A program made the translations under genes and the position numbers. From positions 1 through 27,516 of the IMG/VR virus record IMGVR_UViG_3300034147_000008: a stretch of 27,516 nucleotides of DNA; one strand, 5' to 3'. How positions within the stretch are numbered: the stretch's first letter is position 1; each line of letters opens with the position of its first letter. Below the pieces are notes generated by a model. That model saw nothing but the letters and a program-made list of their open reading frames with translations, was not told the origin of the DNA and made no database searches. Of this stretch, positions 17,656-25,288 are shown piece after piece. The DNA is from a virus (lineage: Duplodnaviria; Caudoviricetes).

Positions 17656-18276
17656 CTAACCTAATTTCTTAAGTCTACGAACAGCAGCCTCTCTGGCTGT
17701 ACGCCTTGCGATTGCAGAAGCAACTCTTTTGTTTGCAGTTGTTTGAATCTGAGAACGAGCAACATTTAGAGCAATCCCTCCAGCGAAAGCTGCCCCTGTT
17801 GCTACAATACTTTTATTTCTTCCACTAGAACTAAGTCTAGAATGTTGTTGTTCAAGATTCATTCTACTGACGACAGCTTGAAGCTCTTTATCAGACATGT
17901 CTTTTACTGACTTACCTGAACTTTTCCCAGCTGCTCTTGCAAGTTGCCGTCTTGACCGACGAACACCCCACTTCATTCCTCTAACACCGTGGTGCTGTAA
18001 GAAATTCTGCCAGGCAGTTGTATGCTCAAGCCATCCTTCAGGAAGAAGGTCGGTAAGGCCAAGCTGCTTGGCTCTCTTGATAATCCAGGCCTTTGCTGCT
18101 GCCTTGTTTGAAGCTCTTCCAAAAGCTTGAATAGCGTTTTTGAGATCCGCTTCATTACGAATTGGAAACCCACCACTCGGCATGGCCTGACCTTTTTCAG
18201 CCAGTTTTTCTCTTTCAGCTGTCTTGAACACCTTGTGCTCTAAGAAAGTCTTGCCAATTTCTGCGCTTTTGTTCAT
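17656..18276 (-). CDS. Basic protein with DUF6582-like domain plus HHGVRGMKWGVR (DUF7211-like) motif
   Basis: Start moved to MNKSAE (AAAGGAG RBS). AMPSGGFPIRNEADLKNAIQAFGRA...IIKRAKQLGLTDLLPEGW, then LQHHGVRGMKWGVRR and MSDKELQAVVSRMNLEQQ. Confidence 0.75.
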   Translation of the reverse strand: MNKSAEIGKTFLEHKVFKTAEREKLAEKGQAMPSGGFPIRNEADLKNAIQAFGRASNKAAAKAWIIKRAKQLGLTDLLPEGWLEHTTAWQNFLQHHGVRGMKWGVRRSRRQLARAAGKSSGKSVKDMSDKELQAVVSRMNLEQQHSRLSSSGRNKSIVATGAAFAGGIALNVARSQIQTTANKRVASAIARRTAREAAVRRLKKLG

Positions 18277-18293
18277 GGTGTCTCCTTTCTTGA

Positions 18294-19028
18294 TCATGCA
18301 GGGATCAATGCTAAAGTGATCCAAGCATTGACTGTGATCGCTGCATTCTGATCGACAGTTGTGTTTCCTGTTGCGCCAGCAGATACTTTGCCCCCGTCAA
18401 CAATACCTATGCCTGAGCCGTTACCAGTAGCTGTTCCACCGTCAGCCCGTTCGGTAATCGACGCCAAATTGGCATTCGCCCAGTTTGTGTATCTGGCGGC
18501 AGCATTGTCCCAATCATCAGTGAGAAACGTGTAGATTAGACGGTTTGGGCCTGTTGTTGTCACACCACCGATAGTGAAAGTCGTTGGGCCTGTATTATCG
18601 GTACCTGAGTTTGAATCGTCTATAGGAGATCCTGAGGCAATACAACCTCTAGACCACACAGCAGCCGCGATTAAATGGTTGCCACTAGCGCATCCGACGG
18701 TCGGATTACCTTGTGACCCGTTATGCCGAGACCACCATAAAGTAATACGAACAGCCCCACCACCTCCAGCAGTTCCTATACCAATAGGAGAATCAGTAGG
18801 AAGTTCGGTATATGTTCCACCGTTGGCATTAGTAATTGTTGCTGCCTGGTTCGCTGTGAAAGCAGCAACCAGAACAATATCGCCAGCAGCGACAGCGCCC
18901 CCAGCTGCTGGCACATCGATTGGAATTACGGCAGATGTCGTACCAATGGCAGCCGATGATCCAACATAGTTGGGAAGAACGCTGGCTGTCTCTTCGACAA
19001 AGGCCGAAGCGATGATGCCAACGGTCAT
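18294..19028 (-). CDS. Putative fibre tip / adhesin (Gly/Ala/Thr-rich beta protein)
   Basis: Start at MTVGIIAS (ATGA overlap with the upstream gene). AAGDIVLVAAF and C-terminal AWITLALIPA; composition typical of virion receptor-binding proteins. Confidence 0.6.
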   Translation of the reverse strand: MTVGIIASAFVEETASVLPNYVGSSAAIGTTSAVIPIDVPAAGGAVAAGDIVLVAAFTANQAATITNANGGTYTELPTDSPIGIGTAGGGGAVRITLWWSRHNGSQGNPTVGCASGNHLIAAAVWSRGCIASGSPIDDSNSGTDNTGPTTFTIGGVTTTGPNRLIYTFLTDDWDNAAARYTNWANANLASITERADGGTATGNGSGIGIVDGGKVSAGATGNTTVDQNAAITVNAWITLALIPA

Positions 19029-19429
19029 GGTGTCTCCAAATCTCCGACGAGCACCCAAGTGTCCGTCGCCAACTTTATTAGTGTCGCTGCTGAGTATTGA
19101 GCTCTGAACAGCTTCGACGGGGCGGCGTTAACAGTGACACCACCAGTCTGTGTTACGGTAACTTGTCCAGCTCCGATCTGAACGAGGTCAATGTGTGTTC
19201 CTACTGGAAAAGCAACTGACGAGTTGATTGGAACGGTCAGCGTGATAGCTGAGGCGTTGCTGAGAGTGACAAGTTTGGAATCGTCGGTGAGGACAAACGT
19301 GTATGACGTACCTGTTTGGGCATTGATCGTCTGCGCTTTGTCGACCTTCAGAGCAATCGCTGCCACCAAAGCCTTATAGTCCGTCCCAATTGCTGTAATT
19401 AAATCTGATAAGCGGGACTGCAGGCTCAT
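19025..19429 (-). CDS. Fibre adaptor protein (MSLQ.RLSDLI N-helix + NAQTGTSYT...WVLVGDL beta domain)
   Basis: The beta domain INAQTGTSYTFVLTD...AFPVGT...GAGQVT...RAQYSAATLIK...WVLVGDL is a recurrent phage fibre C-terminal module. ATGA-coupled on both sides. Confidence 0.7.
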   Translation of the reverse strand: MSLQSRLSDLITAIGTDYKALVAAIALKVDKAQTINAQTGTSYTFVLTDDSKLVTLSNASAITLTVPINSSVAFPVGTHIDLVQIGAGQVTVTQTGGVTVNAAPSKLFRAQYSAATLIKLATDTWVLVGDLETP

Positions 19430-20097
19430 GCCTTAGCCGTGGTGTACAGGGAAACTAGGTTGGTCTCAGGATCACCGAGTTCCGTCGTAGAATATACAGC
19501 AAGCGTAGCTCTCTGAGCCGCAGCATCAGCGTCATCAACCAACGCACGACCAGCCGACGTAAACGTGCCCAACGCCCACGTGCCAGCACCAGTCGAATAT
19601 GGAACCTTGTCTGCTGCAGAAGTCAACGCCGCAATAGCAGTCAAGTCAGTGTCGAGCGGTTGCTTTCCAGCAAGAGCTGTTGTAACTGTGCCGGCGAAAT
19701 CTGCATCATCACCAAGCGCTGCAGACAATTCGTTCAAAGTGTCCAAAGCGCCAGGAGCAGAATCAAGGATCTCTGCCACAATAGCTGTGCGTTCTTGACG
19801 AACTCCAGCAGCCGTGACAGCTCTTGTAGAATCAGTTCCTGTAGCGACCTCTGCAAGCGTTGCAAGCTCGAGGATACCTTTTACCGTCTCACTGGCGTCT
19901 ACGGCTGTCCAGCCGCCTCCTGCGGCGCTCTCAGCGACTTCTAGGACCTCGTTGATGGCGTCCACGAGGTTCGTCTTGTCTGTTGTATCGAGACCCGTAA
20001 GGTCTCCGCCTGCTGAACCGGTGATCCAGGTTCGGAATTGTTTGTAGTCAGTGCCAATCGCTGTGATTAGATCACTGAGTCGTACTTGTAAAGACAT
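19426..20097 (-). CDS. Fibre shaft protein
   Basis: Classic tail-fibre motifs: DKTNLVDAINEV, ASETVKGILELATLAEVATGTD, APGALDTLNELSAALGDDADFA...KQPLDTDLTAIAAL, GRALVDDADAAAQRATL. Confidence 0.8.
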   Translation of the reverse strand: MSLQVRLSDLITAIGTDYKQFRTWITGSAGGDLTGLDTTDKTNLVDAINEVLEVAESAAGGGWTAVDASETVKGILELATLAEVATGTDSTRAVTAAGVRQERTAIVAEILDSAPGALDTLNELSAALGDDADFAGTVTTALAGKQPLDTDLTAIAALTSAADKVPYSTGAGTWALGTFTSAGRALVDDADAAAQRATLAVYSTTELGDPETNLVSLYTTAKA

Positions 20098-20100
20098 GGG

Positions 20101-20379
20101 TTATACCTTCGCATTCTCATAGAGCAGAGTTAAGGACGGGCCGTCATCATAGACGGGATGAGGAGTTACAGATTCGACATGGGCTTCAAGTTCCATCTCA
20201 CCAGAGCCCTCACCGGCAAGATATGGAAGATCGTTCCACCGATCAGCACCGTTACCAATCTTAACCTTTCCAGTGTTTAGCTCGAAACCTGGTTCTCCAT
20301 CCGCAAGCAGTGGATTTGTGTCAATCCACTCTGTCGAAGAGCCTCTTCGAAACTTGAACGTAAATTCCATTCCTGCCAT
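20101..20379 (-). CDS. Mtd_N-domain (major tropism determinant N-terminal / hyaluronidase N-like) small fibre protein
   Basis: FRRGSSTEWIDTNPLLADGEPGFELNTGKVKIGNGADRWNDLPY is the Mtd_N signature. Start moved to MAGMEF, just after the upstream stop. Confidence 0.8.
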   Translation of the reverse strand: MAGMEFTFKFRRGSSTEWIDTNPLLADGEPGFELNTGKVKIGNGADRWNDLPYLAGEGSGEMELEAHVESVTPHPVYDDGPSLTLLYENAKV

Positions 20380-20380
20380 G

Positions 20381-20785
20381 TCACGGATCACCCCCGTCGA
20401 GAACCGAAAGTAGAGGCAACTCCTCTGCAGGAACACCTTGCTCTGTCAACAGAACTTCTCTGAAAGCGTTCAATCTCCATTCGTGCTCCAAGATTTGCTG
20501 ATTCATGGCCTCGATCAAATATGACGTTGACGGTGGATCAAACATCATACGAACCTTCAAGAACACATACGTCTTGACCATGTTCAGTTGATTCTCAGGA
20601 GCAAGAAAGTCGTCCCAAGTAGGCTCACTGTCGGTGATGTAAAACCCGTCTTCTGGACCCACACCAAGCTGACTCAAAGTTGAGAATGCTGAATTAAGGT
20701 GGGTGATGATGTCTAGATCAAACGGGGTGTAGTCGGAAGACAGCCCCAGGATCTTCTTTGTGCTATCCAAAATGCTGTCAGCCAT
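20381..20785 (-). CDS. Head-tail connector (neck/adaptor)-like protein with C-terminal LDGGDP extension
   Basis: SILDSTKKILG...FDLDIITHLNSAFSTLSQLGVGP...YVFLKVRMMFDPP...EWRLN, a helical pattern resembling gp6/gp15-type adaptors; GGAGG RBS. Confidence 0.7.
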   Translation of the reverse strand: MADSILDSTKKILGLSSDYTPFDLDIITHLNSAFSTLSQLGVGPEDGFYITDSEPTWDDFLAPENQLNMVKTYVFLKVRMMFDPPSTSYLIEAMNQQILEHEWRLNAFREVLLTEQGVPAEELPLLSVLDGGDP

Positions 20786-20810
20786 GATTCACCTCCGTGT
20801 AGTTGTTGGG

Positions 20811-21194
20811 TTAGCTGGTGAGCTGAGCGTGGCGAAGTCTACGGACTTCTCTGCGAACGGCTTCGACGTCGTACCCTGCTCTCTTGAGTCGGTCGTCTCT
20901 GTCACTTCCAGAGCCCCACCGTCGGCTCTTCCGAAGGATCTGCTCAGCAACCTTGGTGACAGAATCATCGATCACTACGGCAGGTTGTGTCGATGGGATT
21001 GGCTCACTGTCAGGAGCTCTGTCGTCGACACGAGTAGCAGAAGGAGCAGCAGTCTTCTTTGGAACCGACTTTCGTGCAGTCGTCCCACCAGTATGTGTAC
21101 CAGCTTTGCTAGGCGCCGTCTTCTTGGTAGTGCTCTTCGTCTTCAACGGTTTGGTCGATCCTCCGCCTGATTTGTTTCCTTTTACTACTTGCAT
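20811..21194 (-). CDS. Lys/Thr-rich disordered protein with C-terminal CW_7 (Cpl-7) cell-wall-binding repeat
   Basis: Start at MQVVKG (AAAGGAG RBS). KVAEQILRKSRRWGSGSDRDDRLKRAGYDVEAVRREV matches the CW_7 consensus (VA.EVI.G.WGNG..R..RL..AGYD...VQ..V). Confidence 0.75.
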   Translation of the reverse strand: MQVVKGNKSGGGSTKPLKTKSTTKKTAPSKAGTHTGGTTARKSVPKKTAAPSATRVDDRAPDSEPIPSTQPAVVIDDSVTKVAEQILRKSRRWGSGSDRDDRLKRAGYDVEAVRREVRRLRHAQLTS

Positions 21195-21211
21195 GTGTTT
21201 CTCCTTTGTGA

Positions 21212-21619
21212 TCACCAAAGTTTGGTGTCGCCAGCTTGACGGGCAACGACGATCTTTGGAAGTAAAGATGCATCGCTGTAGTGAATTGCGTTGTGGGTGT
21301 TATGTGTGGTGGTTATCAGGTATTCTGGGTCAAATATCCACGATTCTCCATGGATAATGTCATCAGCAACCATCGGGTTCATATGATGAACAAGAAGCTC
21401 GCCATTGATTTCGTAACCAGATATGCCCAGGTCACACCCATCGTCTCGTGTAATAACTAGGTCTCTAGAGCGTTTCCACTCAGGAGACCTATAGAATTGC
21501 TGGTTAATATAGCGATCAAACCCGAAAGTTGACCGCCCTACATCACCGTGCAATCTTAAATACTCGAAACGATCTTCAAAGGTGTGTAACCTACTTAGCC
21601 CACGATATGTCTTCATCAT
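21212..21619 (-). CDS. HNH endonuclease (packaging-associated type)
   Basis: FYRSPEWKRSRDLVITRDDGCDLG...VHHMNP...LITTTHNTHNAIH. Start placed at MMKTY (21619 or 21616). Confidence 0.85.
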   Translation of the reverse strand: MMKTYRGLSRLHTFEDRFEYLRLHGDVGRSTFGFDRYINQQFYRSPEWKRSRDLVITRDDGCDLGISGYEINGELLVHHMNPMVADDIIHGESWIFDPEYLITTTHNTHNAIHYSDASLLPKIVVARQAGDTKLW

Positions 21620-21950
21620 AGTACTCGTCATACTCATCGTAAGTTTCGGTTGTGTCTTGGCCTGTATAAGCCCGCATTGCGTCCAAAGCTGAAGCGTAAA
21701 GTTCCTCAACCTTCTTGGCTGAAGCCAACATCTCAACTTTGGACGTCAACAATTCGTTTTCACGACGCAGGCGTTCTTGTTCAAGTTTCTCTCTCGTGGA
21801 ACCCAACTTCAAATAGTGAGTTATCACCTGTGAGGATGCAGTTCCTTCGACGAGTTGTTTCTCGGCGAGGTCAATCGCTAAAGAGACGAGTTGGCTTTCA
21901 CGATTCTCTTCGGTTCTTGCTGGACGACGTTCTCGTCTGTCAGAACCCAT
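21591..21950 (-). CDS. Conserved helical protein, possible terminase small subunit
   Basis: RRPARTEENRESQLVSLAIDLAEKQLVEGTASSQVITHYLKLGS plus a coiled coil; AAAGGAGG RBS; next to the HNH gene. The TerS function is inferred only. Confidence 0.5.
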   Translation of the reverse strand: MGSDRRERRPARTEENRESQLVSLAIDLAEKQLVEGTASSQVITHYLKLGSTREKLEQERLRRENELLTSKVEMLASAKKVEELYASALDAMRAYTGQDTTETYDEYDEYYDEDISWAK

Positions 21951-21969
21951 TTGACCTCCTTACTTTAAC

Positions 21970-22743
21970 TTAAACGTACTTCTTGAGTACTTCCCAGGTC
22001 TTTGGGCCGACGACGCCATCTTGTTCCAAACCATTCCAACCTTGCATAGCCTTGACTCGATCAGCAGTTTGACGGCCGTAGTAACTGTCAACTGAGATAG
22101 CCAGACCTTGTCCTCTAAGAACATACTGAACCCATTGAACATCAGAACCTTGCATCGTTGGAGAAGTGATCTTCAAGGTTCGAGAACCAAGAGGAATTTC
22201 ACCAGGGGTCGGCGTAGGAGTTGGTGTAGGTGTGGGTACAGGAGTTGGGGCTGGCGGAGGAGCACCACCCTTGACAACGAAGTTGCCGTTTGGATGCGGG
22301 CGATTGTTGTTCACCCACGTCTGCCAACCGTCTATCTCAATAGGCTGCAGATGCCATGGCTCTCCATCAACGTTGGCATGAACGCCATAATCTTTGATGT
22401 CCGCATGTCCAGAACCCTGTTTTGGAACTTCAGCCCAACGAGGAGATCTGTGGACATTGGTTCCATTACGAGCAACCAAGTCGACAGCAGCAAAGTAAAC
22501 CAAACCACTGACAAACTTCTGTTGTTCGTGAAAGGATTTACCAGCTGGTGCAAAGGTTGGACCGACTGGCTGAATGAACCGAACAGAGCTACCAATACCG
22601 ATAAGACCGCCCTTCGAGGCGATCCAAGGGAACAGACGTTCAGCGTATTCTGGCTCCATGAGATCAATACGAGCAAGTTGCTTCAATCGTTCCATTGGGA
22701 CAAGAAGCGTCTTATACCCCCATGGATATAGACCATCACTCAT
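21970..22743 (-). CDS. Endolysin: M15-type Zn peptidase + Pro/Thr linker + PG_binding_1 domain
   Basis: S-x-H...A-x-D (KSFHE...AAVDL) and EPWH zinc motifs, a PAPTPVPTPTPTPTPG linker, and G.DV.WVQ...DSYYG..T...VK..Q...GL..DGVVGPKTW. Start moved to MSDGLY. Confidence 0.85.
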   Translation of the reverse strand: MSDGLYPWGYKTLLVPMERLKQLARIDLMEPEYAERLFPWIASKGGLIGIGSSVRFIQPVGPTFAPAGKSFHEQQKFVSGLVYFAAVDLVARNGTNVHRSPRWAEVPKQGSGHADIKDYGVHANVDGEPWHLQPIEIDGWQTWVNNNRPHPNGNFVVKGGAPPPAPTPVPTPTPTPTPTPGEIPLGSRTLKITSPTMQGSDVQWVQYVLRGQGLAISVDSYYGRQTADRVKAMQGWNGLEQDGVVGPKTWEVLKKYV

Positions 22744-22870
22744 CAGGGTCCCCCTCGTACTGCTCTTGAAGAGCTTTGAACGCCTCTTCGTTGACGCTCG
22801 TGCCAGGAAGTGGCGTGTCAACTGCTTGATCTGGATGATCGAGCTCTGGTGTCTTCTTTTTACTAGTCAT
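22736..22870 (-). CDS. Small acidic hypothetical protein, 44 aa (MTSKKKTPELDHPDQAVDTPLPGTSVNEEAFKALQEQYEGDPDE)
   Basis: Not in the ORF track; translated by hand. AAAGGAG RBS; fills the gap exactly and overlaps the endolysin start by 8 nt (ATGAGTGA). Confidence 0.65.
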   Translation of the reverse strand: MTSKKKTPELDHPDQAVDTPLPGTSVNEEAFKALQEQYEGDPDE

Positions 22871-22885
22871 GATTGACTCCTTTGT

Positions 22886-25288
22886 TTAGATTTCTTCTAG
22901 TCCCCAAGTTTGGTAACTACGAACCAAGTTATCGACATCTCCACCAACACCGACGTATCCGCCAGCGAGTAGTGTGCCAATCGATGCGTTGTTGCACCGC
23001 CAAACAGGAACGCCATCGAGATAAATGATGGCTTGAGTACCATTTTGGTAAAGACCGACTCTGTGAATACCCGCTGTAATCCATCCTGCCGGATTGTAAT
23101 TGACTCTGTGGGTAGCACCAAAGTTTCCGGACGCCGTATTCGAAGGACCCCATTGGATGCCAGTGACAAACTGGCCAATTGTAGGCCACTGAATATGACA
23201 CTTTAAGCCTCCGTTACCAGAAGCATCGCAGTTTGTAATCAAAGTCCAGTTTGAAGTGCCAGCTGTGCCGTCAACCTCGTTACGATCGACTTCAACTTCG
23301 AAATATACAGGCCCAGCGCTACGAGCGCCAGGACGCATGATGATTCTTCCGTATGAGTTGTTGGTATACGCCAATACACCTGAAGTAACGCCCTTTGTGA
23401 CAGCGAATCCTGTCAAGTCGGCATCAACCCAAGCATTATGTGTAGGCTCTTCGTAATCCCACATAGCAACAGAAGCTGGGACACTAACACTCCAACCAAG
23501 AGTGACGTCTAGAGTCGTTTTATCTGCTTCACCAGCTGGAGAACACGGATATGATGATTCAAACAGACCACCAACATGACCAAGATCAACTAAGTTTGCA
23601 AGAACACGATCAACCACATGAGGAAACATTGGGTTACTACCCATTCTGACAGAGTTTGCGTCCTCAGAAATAAGGTCAGTCACCTCAACGTCCTGCATGT
23701 TCGTGCCATACACCCAATATTGCTCAAGAACTGGCATCTGTGAACCAGGAATATGAAGATTAACGTCCTGGTCACGAACACAATAGTGCCACAACTCTGG
23801 TAAATCGACGTCTGAATGGAACTCCACACCAGGAACTTGACCCACAGCACAACGAAGATCCTTGATCGTCGAAGCAATTGGAGTAAGATCTAGGTTTGTA
23901 ATCCGGTTACCTTCAAGACACAGACGGTTGATTGATGTCCCCTCAAAGAGCACGTCCTCAATATCAGCGCCGAAGCACTCGATAGCAATAAGAGATGTAA
24001 GATCGGTAAAGTTGAGTGTGCCAGTCAAAGGTGTATCTGCTGCCAGAAAGTACTTAAGACCGCCAAGACCAGACATGTTACTGATGCCAATAACAGGCTG
24101 TGGCGCATAGTTATACGTACTAGACGGTGTTTCTGGTCCGTTGTCTTGGGTGTTGTTGAAACCAAGGTTGATTACTTCGATCTGAGACATTGCCAACTCT
24201 TCGTCCGCATCAAAGACTTTAAGTGTGACCAATTTGTCCGCAGGTGGTGTAATGGTTGGAGTTAGCCCTGTAGCAATGACAGCTTCTGCCGAGTCGAACC
24301 ACATTGCTGATGCAGTTGACCCGGTGACAAGATAAATCTTCGGTGCGAAAGATGTTGCGGTTGGTGCAAGAGTGAATGTAATTTCCAAACCGGCATCTGG
24401 ATCTTCTGGATCAGGCGGTTCTTCTGGCTCTGTCGCACCACTACCAACCCAAACCAAACCGTTCGACCATCTTGGATACCCCAAACTAGTATCGAAGTAG
24501 TAAAACCCTTGAGTGGTTGTTGCTGGGTCTGGAGCCATGACAGTTGGAAATGACCCAAGAAACGATCCGAATGAGCTACCTAGACCAAGACCAGCCAACA
24601 CAGCTTGAAGATTTGCTGGTGAGATGAGCTCATCTTCAGCAACTCCAGCAATTGCTGTGGCATCGTCAGCTATCGCTTCCAGAAAGTCAGAAGACCCAGT
24701 AGCGCCCGCAGGACCCGCTGGCCCTGGTGGGCCTGCTGTACCGCTCGCAATCAGTTTCTCCTGAACTCTTAGAGGAGTCATGAGTTTGGTGTTCGAGACA
24801 CCAGCCAAAGCCTCTGCATTACTAGCAACAGCAGCCAAGAAGTCAGAAGTACCTACTGGTCCTTGAGCACCGGCTGGTCCTTCTGGACCTGCTGCTCCGG
24901 CTGGGCCCGCTGGACCTGCTGCACCAGCTGGACCGGCTGCGCCTGCTGGACCAGGATCTCCTACTGGACCTGCTGCACCTGGAGGACCTGCTGCGCCAGT
25001 TGCTCCTGCTGGGCCAGTTGCTCCTGCTGCTCCGGCTGGGCCCGCTGGGCCAGGCTCTCCAGATAGGTCTAGATCATCGATGTAAGCATGAAGACCTTCT
25101 GGACTGACCAATTTGTCGTCTGCTGTGCCTGCGATGGTCTCAGCATCTGTGGCAATGGCTTCCACAAAATCCGACGTACCAATCGGACCTGCTGGTCCTT
25201 GTGGCCCGGCATTGATGATGGCCACACTGTTCGACGCTGGATTGACGACGATTCGTTGAGTTCTTGAAATAACGGTGGCTTCACTCAT
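22886..25288 (-). CDS. Collagen-repeat fibre protein with LRR-like solenoid and C-terminal ConA/LamG-like domain
   Basis: Three G-X-Y tracts (4, 24 and 6 triplets). LRR-like segments (LTSLIAIECFG, INRLCLEGNRITNLDL, LPELWHYCV, MPVLEQYWVYG) and C-terminal HRVGLYQNGTQAIIYLDGV...GGYVGVG. Confidence 0.8.
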   Translation of the reverse strand: MSEATVISRTQRIVVNPASNSVAIINAGPQGPAGPIGTSDFVEAIATDAETIAGTADDKLVSPEGLHAYIDDLDLSGEPGPAGPAGAAGATGPAGATGAAGPPGAAGPVGDPGPAGAAGPAGAAGPAGPAGAAGPEGPAGAQGPVGTSDFLAAVASNAEALAGVSNTKLMTPLRVQEKLIASGTAGPPGPAGPAGATGSSDFLEAIADDATAIAGVAEDELISPANLQAVLAGLGLGSSFGSFLGSFPTVMAPDPATTTQGFYYFDTSLGYPRWSNGLVWVGSGATEPEEPPDPEDPDAGLEITFTLAPTATSFAPKIYLVTGSTASAMWFDSAEAVIATGLTPTITPPADKLVTLKVFDADEELAMSQIEVINLGFNNTQDNGPETPSSTYNYAPQPVIGISNMSGLGGLKYFLAADTPLTGTLNFTDLTSLIAIECFGADIEDVLFEGTSINRLCLEGNRITNLDLTPIASTIKDLRCAVGQVPGVEFHSDVDLPELWHYCVRDQDVNLHIPGSQMPVLEQYWVYGTNMQDVEVTDLISEDANSVRMGSNPMFPHVVDRVLANLVDLGHVGGLFESSYPCSPAGEADKTTLDVTLGWSVSVPASVAMWDYEEPTHNAWVDADLTGFAVTKGVTSGVLAYTNNSYGRIIMRPGARSAGPVYFEVEVDRNEVDGTAGTSNWTLITNCDASGNGGLKCHIQWPTIGQFVTGIQWGPSNTASGNFGATHRVNYNPAGWITAGIHRVGLYQNGTQAIIYLDGVPVWRCNNASIGTLLAGGYVGVGGDVDNLVRSYQTWGLEEI
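24845..25060 (-). repeat. Collagen-like (Gly-X-Y)24 coding repeat
   Basis: GEP GPA GPA GAA GAT ... GAQ GPV GTS, uninterrupted, with 9-nt periodic DNA. Confidence 0.9.

Noticed and set aside
20101-20379. Mtd_N domain as a sign of a diversity-generating retroelement
   Set aside because: No reverse transcriptase, C-type lectin variable region or adenine-mismatched TR/VR repeat pair was seen in the window.
21212-21619. HNH as a mobile homing endonuclease or intron ORF
   Set aside because: It is a short HNH next to packaging genes and does not interrupt any gene, which fits a terminase-associated HNH.
21620-21736. Upstream extensions given by the ORF track (also 22744-22821, 18277-18324, 19029-19058, 20380-20436)
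   Set aside because: They overlap upstream genes extensively. Downstream ATGs with an RBS or stop-start coupling are better starts.
22196-22262. Short-period repeat DNA
   Set aside because: It encodes the ordinary Pro/Thr linker of the endolysin.
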